Shown here piece by piece: positions 1 to 10,783 of a stretch of 64,000 nucleotides of DNA. Origin of the DNA: Candidatus Omnitrophota bacterium. GTDB lineage: Bacteria > Omnitrophota > Gorgyraeia > Zapsychrales > Fredricksoniimonadaceae. Within the stretch, counting starts at the first letter, position 1. Each line of letters begins with the position of its first letter. The DNA is taken from the NCBI GenBank assembly GCA_028870995.1, contig JAGWOI010000010.1:1775-65774 (forward strand). The letters are read 5' to 3'. The position numbers and the translations under genes are program-made. The notes below the pieces were generated by a model. It was not told the origin of the DNA. It saw only the letters and a program-made list of their open reading frames with translations, and ran no database searches.

Positions 1-1
1 G

Positions 2-1507
2 GGACTGGGCGGGGCGCCCCCGCAGAACATCCTAATGTTACCGGTCGTCTTTGAAGGTCAGCTTAAGGCTGTCATTGAACTGGCCAGCTTCAAGACCTTC
101 ACGACCAACTACCTGAACTTCCTGGACCAGCTGATGGATTCCGTCGGCGTCATCTTGAACATGATCTCTTCAACCATGAGGACCGAGGAGCTTTTGCAGG
201 AAGTCAAGCATTCCAACGCCGAGCTGGAAAACCAGGCCAAGGAACTGGAAGACAAGGCCAAGCTTTTGGAGCTCAAGAACAAGGAAGTGGAGATGGCTTC
301 CCTTTCCCTTGAGGAGAAAGCCGAGCAGCTGTCCTTGATCTCAAAATATAAGTCCGAGTTTTTGGCCAACATGTCCCATGAGCTGCGCACGCCCTTGAAC
401 AGCCTGCTCATCCTTTCCAAGGCGCTGTCCGAGAACAAGGAGAGGAACCTGACGCCGGAGCAGATCAAATACGCGACGACCGTGCATTCAACCGGGCAAG
501 ATCTATTGACCCTCATTAATGAGATCCTTGATCTCTCCAAGGTCGAGGCCGGCAAGATGTCCATTGAACCCCAGGAGATCCTCCTGCCGCAGATCTATGA
601 GTACCTGGAGCATAACTTCCGTCCGCTCGCAGAGCATAAGGACCTTAACTTCACCATTAATGCCAGCGAGCGCCTGCCTAAGACCATCTACACGGACAAC
701 AACCGCCTGCAGCAGATCCTGAAGAACCTGTTGTCGAACGCCATCAAATTCACGGAAAAAGGCGAGGTCAACATGAGCGTTTCCCTGGCGGAGAAGGACC
801 GGAAGTTCGGCATCGACACCTTGGACAGGAGCAGATACGTCCTGGCCTTTGCGGTCAAGGACACCGGGATCGGTATTCCCATCGATAAACAGAACATCAT
901 TTTTGAGGCCTTCCAGCAGGCGGACGGCACGACCTCCCGCAAGTACGGCGGTACCGGCCTTGGATTGACCATCAGCCGCGAAATCGCACGGCTGCTGGGA
1001 GGGATCATCAAGGTGGAGAGTGCCCCGAGCACGGGCAGTATCTTTACACTTTACCTGCCGGATAAGTATGTGGGTGCGGAAATAGGTAATCCTACTAGCA
1101 GCAGAGTTCCACTATTGCCCAAGGATGCAGATTTTAAGGGCAGGAAGGTCCTTATCATCGATGATGATATGAGGAACATCTACGCCTTGACCAGCATCTT
1201 GGAGCCATGGGGTATTATCGTGACCCACGCGGAGAACGGCAAAACGGGTATAAGGAAATTAAAAGAGAAGACCGACGCGGATATTGTTTTGATGGATATC
1301 ATGATGCCGGAAATGAACGGCATGGACGCCATCAAGATGATACGCAAGATATCCAAATTCGAGTCGCTGCCGATCATCGCCCTGACCGCCAAGGCGATGA
1401 AAGGTGACCGTGAACAGTGCCTGGCTGCCGGGGCCTCGGATTATATTACCAAACCCGTTGATACCGAGCATCTGCTGGCAGTGATGTATTCATGGCTGAA
1501 AAAGTAA
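2..1507 (+). CDS. Hybrid sensor histidine kinase (GAF-HisKA-HATPase-REC), 5'-truncated by the window edge
   Basis: Frame open from base 2; H-box FLANMSHELRTPLN; N-box QILKNLLSNAIKFT; G-boxes DTGIGI and GGTGLGL; C-terminal receiver domain (LIIDDD, LMDIMMP, KP). Confidence 0.95.
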   Translation, partial: GLGGAPPQNILMLPVVFEGQLKAVIELASFKTFTTNYLNFLDQLMDSVGVILNMISSTMRTEELLQEVKHSNAELENQAKELEDKAKLLELKNKEVEMASLSLEEKAEQLSLISKYKSEFLANMSHELRTPLNSLLILSKALSENKERNLTPEQIKYATTVHSTGQDLLTLINEILDLSKVEAGKMSIEPQEILLPQIYEYLEHNFRPLAEHKDLNFTINASERLPKTIYTDNNRLQQILKNLLSNAIKFTEKGEVNMSVSLAEKDRKFGIDTLDRSRYVLAFAVKDTGIGIPIDKQNIIFEAFQQADGTTSRKYGGTGLGLTISREIARLLGGIIKVESAPSTGSIFTLYLPDKYVGAEIGNPTSSRVPLLPKDADFKGRKVLIIDDDMRNIYALTSILEPWGIIVTHAENGKTGIRKLKEKTDADIVLMDIMMPEMNGMDAIKMIRKISKFESLPIIALTAKAMKGDREQCLAAGASDYITKPVDTEHLLAVMYSWLKK

Positions 1508-3078
1508 CCACTCAATCTGAGAGCGATCTTGTCCGTTCGCTGCCCGCTCCCAGGGCCAATGTTCTTGTCGTGGACGACAGGCCGGACGGCTTATTGGCCC
1601 TGGAGGCGGCGCTGGGTTGCGACCGCTATCAAATTTTTAAAGCCGGCAGCGGCCAGGAAGCTTTGCAGCAGACCCTGTTCAATGATTTTGCCGTGATCCT
1701 GCTTGATGTGCAGATGCCGGAGATGGACGGTTTTGAATGTGCCAGACGGATCAGGGAAAACTTCCGCTCCCAGGCAACGCCCATTATTTTTGTGACGGCG
1801 ATCAACAAAGAAATCCGCCACATCAATCAAGGCTATGAGAGCGGAGCCGTGGATTATATTTTCAAGCCTTTTGATCCCTTTGTCCTCAAATCCAAGGTCA
1901 ATGTCTTTGTCGAACTCTTTGAGAAGAACCAGAAGATCAAGCAGCAGGCGGTGCTCTTACGGCAGATCGAATTGCAGGAAAAAGAACGGCAGCTTTCTGA
2001 AGTTAAGCAGGAAGGGTGGCGGCTTTGGTCGCACCTGGCCGATGCCGTCCCGCACAGCATCGTGAAGATAAGCCCTGCGGGGCAGGTGCAGTATTTTAAT
2101 CAACGTTGGCTTGATTACACCGGCTTTGTGTCGGACATCGATTGGGAATCCATCATCCATCCCAAGGACCATAGGAAATTCTTGGCGTTATGGCTGCGCA
2201 TGCGGCACCGTAGTCCCCAGACCTATGAGAAGGAAATGCGTTTGCGTGACATGAAGGACGGCCTTTATCGGTGGCATCTGGTCAGGGTGATCCCCGATGT
2301 CAAGGAGGGGGACGCCGGCACCTGGATCGTCAGCTGTACGGACATCGACCAGATTAAAACGACGGAGCAATCCTTTAAGGCTCTCACCAAGGAGCTTCAC
2401 CGGTCCAACAAGGAACTGGAAGAATACGCTTATGTCGCCTCGCATGACTTGAAAGAGCCATTGCACGTGGTGTCCTCGTTCGTGGACCTTTTGGAAAAAC
2501 GTCTTCAACGGAAGCTGGATGACCGGGAAGTGCGCTATTTAAAATTTATTAAAGAAGGGGTGGGGCAGGCCCAGAAGCTTATCAAGGACCTGCTGGAATA
2601 CAGTCGAATCGGCAGGGAAAAGTCTTCGGAATTGGTGGACATATCCCTGGTGCTGACGGAGGTCTTGGTCAACATCAAGCCCATCATCGACGAGGCACAG
2701 GGAAGCGTGAAGCAGGGAGCGATGCCGAAAATAAGGACCAATTACCTGGAAATGATCCAGTTGTTCCAGAATTTGATCGTCAATGCCATTAAATACCGCA
2801 GCCCTCAGCGGCGCTTGGAAATCGATATCAATGCCAAATTCGAGGGGCAGACTTGGGCTTTCAGCGTCAAAGACAACGGAATTGGCATCGAATCCCAGTA
2901 CAAGGAACGCATTTTTGACATGTTCCAAAGGCTTCATGCGAAAACTGAGTATTCCGGCACAGGCATAGGGTTGGCCATCTGCAAAAAGATCGTGGAAAAC
3001 CACGGCGGGCAGATCTGGGTTGAATCAACGCCGGACCAAGAGACCACCTTTTTCTTTACCATCAAGCAGCGTTTATGA
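1492..3078 (+). CDS. REC-PAS-histidine kinase
   Basis: N-terminal receiver (VVDD, LLDVQMP); PAS (YFNQRW...IHPKD); H-box ASHDLKEPL; GTGIGLAICKKIV. Confidence 0.95.
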   Translation: MAEKVTTQSESDLVRSLPAPRANVLVVDDRPDGLLALEAALGCDRYQIFKAGSGQEALQQTLFNDFAVILLDVQMPEMDGFECARRIRENFRSQATPIIFVTAINKEIRHINQGYESGAVDYIFKPFDPFVLKSKVNVFVELFEKNQKIKQQAVLLRQIELQEKERQLSEVKQEGWRLWSHLADAVPHSIVKISPAGQVQYFNQRWLDYTGFVSDIDWESIIHPKDHRKFLALWLRMRHRSPQTYEKEMRLRDMKDGLYRWHLVRVIPDVKEGDAGTWIVSCTDIDQIKTTEQSFKALTKELHRSNKELEEYAYVASHDLKEPLHVVSSFVDLLEKRLQRKLDDREVRYLKFIKEGVGQAQKLIKDLLEYSRIGREKSSELVDISLVLTEVLVNIKPIIDEAQGSVKQGAMPKIRTNYLEMIQLFQNLIVNAIKYRSPQRRLEIDINAKFEGQTWAFSVKDNGIGIESQYKERIFDMFQRLHAKTEYSGTGIGLAICKKIVENHGGQIWVESTPDQETTFFFTIKQRL

Positions 3079-3494
3079 ACTTATTGATCGCCGAAGACAA
3101 CGAACCGGAGCAGGTCATCATTAAGGAAGCCTTTCAAGAGGCGGGTGTTGAACATGACCTTTATTTCGTCAGGGACGGCATCGAAGCCCTTGAATTCCTC
3201 AAATCGCAAGATGCTTCCCATCCGCTGCCGGCGATCGACCTGGTCCTGCTGGATTTGAACATGCCGCGCAAGAACGGGTTGGAGGTCTTGTCCGAGATTA
3301 AGCGTAATTCCAAGTGGGCCCATGTCCCGGTCCTGGTCTTATCAAATTCAGAATTTCCCAAGGACATCCGCCGCTGCTATGATATGGGAGCCAACGCCTA
3401 CATCAACAAGCCTGTGGATTTTGAGGATTTTGTCGGGCTGGCCCGCGCCATCAACCTGTTCTGGCTGAAATTGGTCCGGCCTTGCCCTAATTGA
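3075..3494 (+). CDS. Stand-alone response regulator (Rcp1-like)
   Basis: IAEDN, LLDLNMPRKNG, GANAYINKP...FW; overlaps the kinase stop (ATGA). Confidence 0.92.
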   Translation: MNLLIAEDNEPEQVIIKEAFQEAGVEHDLYFVRDGIEALEFLKSQDASHPLPAIDLVLLDLNMPRKNGLEVLSEIKRNSKWAHVPVLVLSNSEFPKDIRRCYDMGANAYINKPVDFEDFVGLARAINLFWLKLVRPCPN

Positions 3495-3504
3495 GGATAA
3501 ACCT

Positions 3505-3951
3505 ATGGAAAAGAAAAAGATCCTGGTGGTCGATGATGAACCGTTGATACCGATATTGATGAAGGAAATTATCGAGGAGAACGGCGACCTTGAAATCGCC
3601 GGGATCGCCACCGGGAAAGAGGAATTTTGGGAAGCCGTCGGTCACGGTTCTTTCGATGCAGCGTTGATCGATATTTCCGTGGAAGGCAGGGAGGGCGGCC
3701 TTGAACTGCTGGGTTTGATGAAGGCCAAGGGCATTGAGCTTCCTTCGGTCATGCTGTCCGCTTACGATGAGCTCCAATATGCATTCAAAGCCTTAAAAGC
3801 CGGGGCCAGAGGGTATCTCAACAAGAAATACATCTGTTCGGACGTGGTGCGCTGCCTGTACCAGGTGCTGGACGGGCATTTATTCGTATCAGGCGACAGG
3901 GGGGAGAAGATCATCAGGGAATACGAGCAATCATACGCCTCCCCTATGTAA
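3505..3951 (+). CDS. Receiver-only response regulator (NarL-type receiver, no HTH)
   Basis: VVDDEP, LIDIS, GARGYLNK. Confidence 0.88.
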   Translation: MEKKKILVVDDEPLIPILMKEIIEENGDLEIAGIATGKEEFWEAVGHGSFDAALIDISVEGREGGLELLGLMKAKGIELPSVMLSAYDELQYAFKALKAGARGYLNKKYICSDVVRCLYQVLDGHLFVSGDRGEKIIREYEQSYASPM

Positions 3952-4094
3952 TAAATTTCACTCCCCGCCATTCATATATCATTTATCAAATAAATTTCCA
4001 AAGGATCAGTATTATGGACGAGTTAAGGAGTGTTTGTTTTCTGTTCTTGTGTCTTTTGAAGCTGTAATTATAATAGAAAAGATACCAAGGGGCT

Positions 4095-4853
4095 TTGAAA
4101 GATAATATGGCTTATCAAATTCTAGTTGTAGATGATGACGCGGAATTTCGCGAAGAGCTGCGTATCTGCCTGGACGATTATCAGGTCATCGAAGCGCCTA
4201 ACGGCGCCGATGCCATGGCCATCTTGAAGAAACCCAATGCCGTCGACCTGGTGATCCTGGATGCGGTCATGCCGATGATATCGGGAATGGAGGTGTTGCG
4301 CCAGATCAAGAAGCTCAAGCCAGCCCTGGCCATCATTATCCTTACCGGCAAAAGCAGCAAGGACATAGCCATCGATGCCCTCAGGGGACGGGCCGACGAT
4401 TATATTGAAAAACCCATTAATATCCCAAAATTTTTGGAGATCGTTCGGTCCACGCTGGCGGCCAAGGCGCAAAAGGAATTCACCCGCGGTAACGGCATTC
4501 ACGCCAAGGTGGAACAGGCCAAGCAGTTTATCGAGCGCAATTTCGACAAAAAGATCATGCTGGAGGATGTGGCGGCACAAATTTGTTTGAGCCCCAAATA
4601 TTTCAGCCGGGTCTTTAAGGAAGTCTGCGGACAAAGTTTCAATGAATACCGCCTTTCAGTCAAAATCAACCGGGCCAGCGAATTGTTGAAGAAATCAGAT
4701 TATACGGTGACGGAAATCGCTAACCAATTGGGATACGAGAATTTGGAATCGTTCATCCGCATGTTCGAGAAAATAACCACCTTGAGCCCCTCTCAATACA
4801 GACAGAAAAATCGCAAAGGCGCCTTGAAGGCCGCTAAGAAACAATTAGTTTGA
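4095..4853 (+). CDS. Response regulator with AraC HTH (YesN-like)
   Basis: Receiver domain plus [20 protein letters not shown] and [20 protein letters not shown]; start may be ATG 4107. Confidence 0.93.
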   Translation: MKDNMAYQILVVDDDAEFREELRICLDDYQVIEAPNGADAMAILKKPNAVDLVILDAVMPMISGMEVLRQIKKLKPALAIIILTGKSSKDIAIDALRGRADDYIEKPINIPKFLEIVRSTLAAKAQKEFTRGNGIHAKVEQAKQFIERNFDKKIMLEDVAAQICLSPKYFSRVFKEVCGQSFNEYRLSVKINRASELLKKSDYTVTEIANQLGYENLESFIRMFEKITTLSPSQYRQKNRKGALKAAKKQLV

Positions 4854-4877
4854 CAAACCCGTGAAAGAGAGTATACT
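4850..4877 (+). promoter_or_regulatory. Sigma70-type promoter of cold-shock gene
   Basis: TTGACA 4850-4855, 16 bp spacer, TATACT 4872-4877; AGGAGG RBS downstream. Confidence 0.6.
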
Positions 4878-4920
4878 AACCGAGTTTTTAAATTCTATCA
4901 GAAGGAGGTTTCAAAGATTT

Positions 4921-5121
4921 ATGGTTAAAGGTAAAGTAAAATGGTTTAATGACCAAAAAGGTTTTGGCTTTATCACCCCTGAAAACGGTAAAGATGTATT
5001 TGTGCACCACACTGCCATCCAAGGCGATGGTTACAGATCATTAGCCGAAGGACAGGACGTTGAGTTTGAGATCGTCACCGGCCCTAAGGGTGAACAAGCC
5101 CAAAACGTAGTGAAAATATAA
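4921..5121 (+). CDS. cspA: Cold shock protein
   Basis: [16 protein letters not shown] and [12 protein letters not shown] motifs; RBS supports ATG 4921. Confidence 0.97.
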   Translation: MVKGKVKWFNDQKGFGFITPENGKDVFVHHTAIQGDGYRSLAEGQDVEFEIVTGPKGEQAQNVVKI

Positions 5122-5143
5122 GAATTAAGTTTCTTGTATTGCC

Positions 5144-5183
5144 AACCCTCTGCGGCCTGTCCGAGGCTGCAGGGGGTTTTTTT
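5144..5183 (+). terminator. Rho-independent terminator after cspA
   Basis: aaccctctgcggcct-gtccg-aggctgcagggggtt stem-loop followed by a T run. Confidence 0.85.
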
Positions 5184-5193
5184 ATCGACGAAC

Positions 5194-5820
5194 ATGAACA
5201 GTCATTTGAACTGGCGTTATGCCACCAAAAAATTTGATCCTTCCCGGAGAATACCTAAACAGGATCTGGACCAACTGCTGGAAGTGTTGCGGATTTCGCC
5301 CTCTTCCTTTGGCTTGCAGCCCTGGAAATTCGTGGTCGTACAAGACCGGGGGTTAAGGGAAAAGTTGCGGTCCCATGCCTGGAACCAATCCCAGATCACG
5401 GATGCGGACACGTTGATCGTTTTTTGTGCCCTGAAAACCATGGATGAAGGACACATCAGGAATTATGTAGATGTGATTTCCAAGGTGCGGGGCGTGCCCA
5501 AGGAGTCCCTGCTTAACTATGAGCAGGTGATGATCGGCGCCCTGGCCGGCAAGAGCCCTGAGGCCGCAGCCCATTGGATGGGAAACCAGGTTTACCTTGC
5601 GCTCGGGGTTTTTCTGGCGGAATGCGCCCGCCGTAAAATCGATGCCTGCCCCATGGAAGGTTTCGACGTGCAGCAATTTGATGAGATCCTGGAACTGCCG
5701 CAGCAGGGCTTACAGTCCGTGGTGCTTTGTGCCGTGGGATACAGGGCCATGGATGACCACCATGCCGTCCTCAAGAAAGTCCGATTTGAAAGAAATCAAG
5801 TGTTTATAGACAAGTTGTAA
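5194..5820 (+). CDS. NAD(P)H nitroreductase (NfsB-like)
   Basis: LNWRYATKKFD, SPSSFGLQPWKF, DACPMEGFD. Confidence 0.93.
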   Translation: MNSHLNWRYATKKFDPSRRIPKQDLDQLLEVLRISPSSFGLQPWKFVVVQDRGLREKLRSHAWNQSQITDADTLIVFCALKTMDEGHIRNYVDVISKVRGVPKESLLNYEQVMIGALAGKSPEAAAHWMGNQVYLALGVFLAECARRKIDACPMEGFDVQQFDEILELPQQGLQSVVLCAVGYRAMDDHHAVLKKVRFERNQVFIDKL

Positions 5821-5860
5821 TGGTGTAGAATACCCCCGTTGCTATTCCGAGAGGTAGTCT

Positions 5861-7399
5861 ATGGATCATTATGATTTTATCATTATAGGTACCGGGGCCG
5901 GCGGAGGCACCTTAGCCCATCAGCTTGCCCCCACAGGCAGGCGCATCCTCATTCTTGAACGCGGGGACTTCCTTCTCCAGGAAAAAGACAACTGGAATTC
6001 CCGTGCGGTTTTTCAGCAAGCCGAATATACCGCCCATGAATCCTGGAAGGACAAGGATGGCCGCTATTTCCATCCCGGGATTCATTATTATGTGGGAGGC
6101 AATACGAAATTTTACGGGGCCGCCTTGCTGCGCATGCGTCCAGCGGATTTCGGCGAGGTGCGCCATCATGGGGGTATGTCGCCGGCCTGGCCCCTGAGCT
6201 ATGAAGAAATGGAGCCGTATTATGTCAGGGCCGAACATCTTTATGAGGTGCACGGGAAACACGGCGAAGATCCCACGGAAGGCCCCGCGAGCGTTGATTA
6301 TGCCTTCGAGCCGGTCAGCCATGAACCCCGGATCCAGCAGCTGTCGGATGACTTAGAAAGGTTGGGTCACCGGCCGTTTCATCTTCCCCTGGGTATACGC
6401 CTGTTGGAGAAAAACCGTCCCATGAGCCGCTGCATCCGCTGCTCGACCTGTGACGGTTTTCCTTGCCTGGTGCATGCCAAATCCGATGCGGAGATGATCG
6501 GTGTGCGGCCGGCGTTGGCCTATCCTAACGTTACTCTTTTGACCCAGGCCCGCGTTACCCGCCTGGAAACCGATGCTTCCGGCAGGACGGTCAGGACCGT
6601 GCATGTTGAACGCAAGGGCGCCCAAGAGCAATATAGCGCCAACATTGTGGTGGCGGCTTGCGGGGCCATTAATTCAGCGGCCCTTTTATTGCGTTCGGCC
6701 AATGATAAGCACCCCAACGGCCTGGCCAACAGTTCGGATATGGTCGGCCGCCATTACATGTGCCACAATAATTCCGCTTTTATGGCCATCTCGAAAAACC
6801 CCAACCCAACCGTTTTTCAAAAAACACTGGCCCTCAATGATTTTTATTTTGCCGGGAAGGAATGGGAGTATCCCATGGGCCATATTCAGATGCTGGGCAA
6901 GACCGATGGTTGGATTTTAAAAGGCAATGCCCCGGCGTTCGTTCCTAAATTTATCCTGGATAAGGTTGCTTATCATGCCCTCGATTTCTGGCTGACTTCG
7001 GAAGATTTGCCCCATCCCGATAACCGTGTGCTTCTTGATAAGCAAGGCAACATATCCCTCCATTACACGGTCAATAACAGGGAGGGTCATCGCCGACTGA
7101 CCGCAAAATTGAAAAGCATCCTGGACAAGGTCAATTGCCACCCGCTCCTCTTAAGACGCCAAGTGTACTTAAACCAATATATTCCCATCGGTGGCACGGC
7201 CCATCAGGTGGGCACGGTGCGCTTCGGCAGGGACCCCAAGACATCGGTGCTGGATATCAATTGTAAGGCCCATGACCTGGACAATCTTTATGTGGTGGAC
7301 GGCAGTTTTTTTGTCTCCAGTTCTGCGGTCAATCCGGGATTGACCATCATGGCGAATGCCTTGAGGGTGGCGGACCATTTAAAAAGGTTATCAAAATAA
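5861..7399 (+). CDS. GMC family oxidoreductase
   Basis: IIIGTGAGGG FAD motif; CIRCSTCDGFPC; AHQVGTVRFG; VNPGLTIMANALR. Confidence 0.95.
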   Translation: MDHYDFIIIGTGAGGGTLAHQLAPTGRRILILERGDFLLQEKDNWNSRAVFQQAEYTAHESWKDKDGRYFHPGIHYYVGGNTKFYGAALLRMRPADFGEVRHHGGMSPAWPLSYEEMEPYYVRAEHLYEVHGKHGEDPTEGPASVDYAFEPVSHEPRIQQLSDDLERLGHRPFHLPLGIRLLEKNRPMSRCIRCSTCDGFPCLVHAKSDAEMIGVRPALAYPNVTLLTQARVTRLETDASGRTVRTVHVERKGAQEQYSANIVVAACGAINSAALLLRSANDKHPNGLANSSDMVGRHYMCHNNSAFMAISKNPNPTVFQKTLALNDFYFAGKEWEYPMGHIQMLGKTDGWILKGNAPAFVPKFILDKVAYHALDFWLTSEDLPHPDNRVLLDKQGNISLHYTVNNREGHRRLTAKLKSILDKVNCHPLLLRRQVYLNQYIPIGGTAHQVGTVRFGRDPKTSVLDINCKAHDLDNLYVVDGSFFVSSSAVNPGLTIMANALRVADHLKRLSK

Positions 7400-7412
7400 G
7401 GAAGGGGGGCTT

Positions 7413-8105
7413 ATGCTGTCAAAGGTTTTGAAAGTAGTTTTTGCCGCGGTCCTGCTTTATTTGGTCATTGAATTTGTTGCTGTCCCCTTGATCCGCGAGC
7501 ACGCTGGCCAGGCCGTGAAAACATCTCCTGCCCAGGCCCAACCATTGCCTGATCCGCTCCCGGATATGGGAGCTTCGGGCATCTTGAATTTTATGCCGGG
7601 TCAGGCGGCCCTAACGGTCAGTGAACAACAAAAGCTTTTCACCCTGATGGGCGATCTTCAGGGGCATCCCAGCCTGGTCTTGAAAATAGCCGGAAGCTAT
7701 GATCCGCAATTGGACAAGGGGGCGCTGCTGGAGGAGATGTTCGACAGGCGGTTTGAAAATTTGAATCAAAAGTCAAGCCCGGAGAAGACCTATCAATGGA
7801 TGTACCGCAGGCGTTTCGGACTGCGTGCATTATGGGCCTTGTCCAAAAAGTATAAAAAAGGGTGGGGCCGCTATGATTACGCTAAGCTGAATGCCGAGAT
7901 CAAGCGCCGGCTGGTGGCGGACATGTCATTGGACCAGGGGGTTCTGAAGACGTTGGCCAGGGCCAGGGCGCAATTGATCTATAAATTTTTGGCCGTCAAC
8001 GGTTTCGATGCCAGGCATATGGAATTAGGTGAGCCCCGGTCGATCCAGGCCAGCGCGGGGCAGGTACCGTTACCTTTAACCTTGATCGTTTTTGACCGGC
8101 AATAA
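7413..8105 (+). CDS. Membrane-anchored protein resembling the OmpA-like C-terminus of DUF748 proteins
   Basis: N-terminal TM; F.PG...L, HPSLVLKIAGSYDPQLD, LKTLARARAQ pattern. Confidence 0.6.
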   Translation: MLSKVLKVVFAAVLLYLVIEFVAVPLIREHAGQAVKTSPAQAQPLPDPLPDMGASGILNFMPGQAALTVSEQQKLFTLMGDLQGHPSLVLKIAGSYDPQLDKGALLEEMFDRRFENLNQKSSPEKTYQWMYRRRFGLRALWALSKKYKKGWGRYDYAKLNAEIKRRLVADMSLDQGVLKTLARARAQLIYKFLAVNGFDARHMELGEPRSIQASAGQVPLPLTLIVFDRQ

Positions 8106-8106
8106 A

Positions 8107-10755
8107 ATGTCTAAAACCGCAGAAGAACAACGCCTGCAGGATGACCGCTTGCAAAAAACGATTTGGTATCATTGGGGGCCGTATTTAGCCGCCCGCCAAT
8201 GGGGTAACGTGCGCGAGGATTATAGCGCCGACGGCGATGCCTGGGATTATTTCACCTTTGACCAGGCCCGCATGCGCGCCTTCCGCTGGGGCGAAGACGG
8301 CATTGCCGGCATTTGCGATTATCATCAATGGCTGTGCCTGGCGCCGGTGTTTTGGAACGGGGCCGATCCCTTTTTAAAGGAACGCTTGTATGGCCTCAGC
8401 GGCAAGGAGGGCAATCACGGCGAAGATGTGAAGGAGTATTATTTCTATCTCGATAATACGCCCACCCACGCGTACATGAAGCACCTTTATAAGTACCCCC
8501 AAAAAGCCTTTCCTTACCAAAAACTCCGGGATGAGAATTCAAAGCGCACCCGCCAGATGCCGGAATACGAATTATTGGATACCGGTATTTTCGATGACAA
8601 CAGTTATTTTGAGATCGTCACGGAATACGCGAAAAATGCGCCCGAAGACATTCTCATGCGCATCAGCGTCACCAACCGCGGCCCCAAGGAGGCTGTTCTC
8701 CACCTGTTGCCGACGCTGTGGTTCCGCAATGTTTGGAGTTGGGCCAATGCACCCAGGCCTTCCTTAAAAGTTTCCGCCAAAGATAAAAATGTCATCGAGG
8801 CCGCGCATCAGCAGTTGGGCCGCTATTTTCTTTATTGCCAGCAGGGGGCAGAGCTGCTTTTTTGTGACAATGATACGGATACGCAGAAGATCTTCGGCGT
8901 GCCGAACGCCGGCCCCTATGTCAAAGACGGGATTAATGAGTACGTCGTGGCTGGTCGGAAAGAGGCCGTCAATCCGGCGCAAACCGGCACCAAGATGGCA
9001 GCCTCTTATGTGCTGAATATACCGGCCGGTGCCACCCAGACCATCCGGCTGCGGCTGGCCAACGCGGATGATATCAAGGATGCCTTGGGCAGGGGTTTCG
9101 AGGCTGTTTTCGACCTGCGGCAAAAAGAGGCGGATGAATTCTACAGCCAGGGCTGTCCTTTCCAGCTGGCGGGGCCGTTACGCCAAATCCAACGCAGCGC
9201 TTTTGCCTCGCTTTTATGGAACAAGCAGTTCTATCATTATGTCGTCGAAGAGTGGCTTGACGGGGACCCGGCCCAGCCGGTCCCTCCGTCCAACCGCAAG
9301 AGCGGCCGCAACAGCGGCTGGGAGCATCTTTACAGTGAAGATGTGATCGCCATGCCCGATAAATGGGAATATCCCTGGTTTGCCGCCTGGGACCTGGCCT
9401 TCCATACCATCCCTTTAAGCATGATCGACCCGGAATTCGCCAAACGCCAGCTGCTTAAGCTCACCCGCGAGTGGTACATGCATCCCAACGGCCAGATACC
9501 AGCGTATGAATGGAATTTCAGCGACGTCAACCCGCCGGTGCAGGCCTGGGCGGCCCTGCGCGTTTACCGCATCACCAAACGCATGCATGGCATCGACGAT
9601 AAATTATTCCTTGAGCGGGTGTTTCAAAAATTACTCATGAATTTCACCTGGTGGATCAACCGCGAAGACGCCGAGGGTAATAATGTGTTTCAGGGAGGGT
9701 TTTTAGGGTTTGACAATATCGGCGTGTTTAACCGCAGTCAACTCCCTACCGGTGGGCACATGGACCAGGCCGACGGCACGGCCTGGATGGCCATGTACTG
9801 TTTGAATATGCTGGCCATTGCTTTGGAATTGGCGCCGCAGGACCCTTCCTACGAAGATATTGCCAGCAAATTTTATGTCCATTTTTTGCATATCGCCGAC
9901 GCCATGAACCGCATCGGCCCCAACCAGATCAATATGTGGGACCAGGCCGACGGATTCTATTATGATGTCCTGCGGCTGCCCGACGGCCGGCATTCATCCC
10001 TGAAAGTGCGGTCCATGGTGGGCATACTGCCTTTGTTTGCCGTGGAGACGATCGATCCCAAGGTCTGGGAGGTGCTGCCGGAGTTTAAGAAAAGGGTGGA
10101 ATGGTTCATGAAATACCGGACGGACCTGACAGGCAACGTCACTTGCATGGAAACGGCAGGCCAGCAGGGCCTCAGGCTGTTGTCCATCGTCGACCGCGAT
10201 AAGCTCAAGCGCATTTTGCAGCGGGTCCTGGATGAGAAGGAATTTTTAAGCCCCTGCGGAGTGCGTTCGCTTTCCAAGACCTATGACGGCCAACCGTATG
10301 TTTTTTCTTTGGACGGGCACAGCTTCAGCGTCGATTATGAACCGGCCGAGGCCACTGTGGGCCTGTTTGGGGGCAACTCCAACTGGCGGGGACCGGTATG
10401 GTTTCCGGTCAATTATCTGCTGATTGAATCTTTGCAGAAGTTCCATTATTATTTCGGCAATGATTTTCAAGTCGAGTTTCCGGTCGGATCCGGAAAGTTT
10501 TTGAACCTCTGGGAAATTGCCTCGGAGCTTTCGCGGCGCTTGGTAAACATTTTTGTGCCCGACACGCAAGGCCGCCGGCCGGTATATGCCGGCAATCCAA
10601 AATTCCAGAACGACCCTTATTGGAAAGATCTTCTTTTATTTTTCGAATATTTCAACGGCGACACAGGGCAGGGCTTGGGGGCCTCGCATCAGGCCGGATG
10701 GACCGCACTGGTGGCCAAGCTTATCCAGCAGCAGGCGGAATACAAAGGTTTTTAA
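8107..10755 (+). CDS. MGH1-like / GH63-type glucosidase
   Basis: WGPYL..RQWG.VREDYS; [18 protein letters not shown]; [11 protein letters not shown]; GASHQ. Confidence 0.93.
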   Translation: MSKTAEEQRLQDDRLQKTIWYHWGPYLAARQWGNVREDYSADGDAWDYFTFDQARMRAFRWGEDGIAGICDYHQWLCLAPVFWNGADPFLKERLYGLSGKEGNHGEDVKEYYFYLDNTPTHAYMKHLYKYPQKAFPYQKLRDENSKRTRQMPEYELLDTGIFDDNSYFEIVTEYAKNAPEDILMRISVTNRGPKEAVLHLLPTLWFRNVWSWANAPRPSLKVSAKDKNVIEAAHQQLGRYFLYCQQGAELLFCDNDTDTQKIFGVPNAGPYVKDGINEYVVAGRKEAVNPAQTGTKMAASYVLNIPAGATQTIRLRLANADDIKDALGRGFEAVFDLRQKEADEFYSQGCPFQLAGPLRQIQRSAFASLLWNKQFYHYVVEEWLDGDPAQPVPPSNRKSGRNSGWEHLYSEDVIAMPDKWEYPWFAAWDLAFHTIPLSMIDPEFAKRQLLKLTREWYMHPNGQIPAYEWNFSDVNPPVQAWAALRVYRITKRMHGIDDKLFLERVFQKLLMNFTWWINREDAEGNNVFQGGFLGFDNIGVFNRSQLPTGGHMDQADGTAWMAMYCLNMLAIALELAPQDPSYEDIASKFYVHFLHIADAMNRIGPNQINMWDQADGFYYDVLRLPDGRHSSLKVRSMVGILPLFAVETIDPKVWEVLPEFKKRVEWFMKYRTDLTGNVTCMETAGQQGLRLLSIVDRDKLKRILQRVLDEKEFLSPCGVRSLSKTYDGQPYVFSLDGHSFSVDYEPAEATVGLFGGNSNWRGPVWFPVNYLLIESLQKFHYYFGNDFQVEFPVGSGKFLNLWEIASELSRRLVNIFVPDTQGRRPVYAGNPKFQNDPYWKDLLLFFEYFNGDTGQGLGASHQAGWTALVAKLIQQQAEYKGF

Positions 10756-10783
10756 CGGTAATTCTTAACGGAGGTAATCTTTT

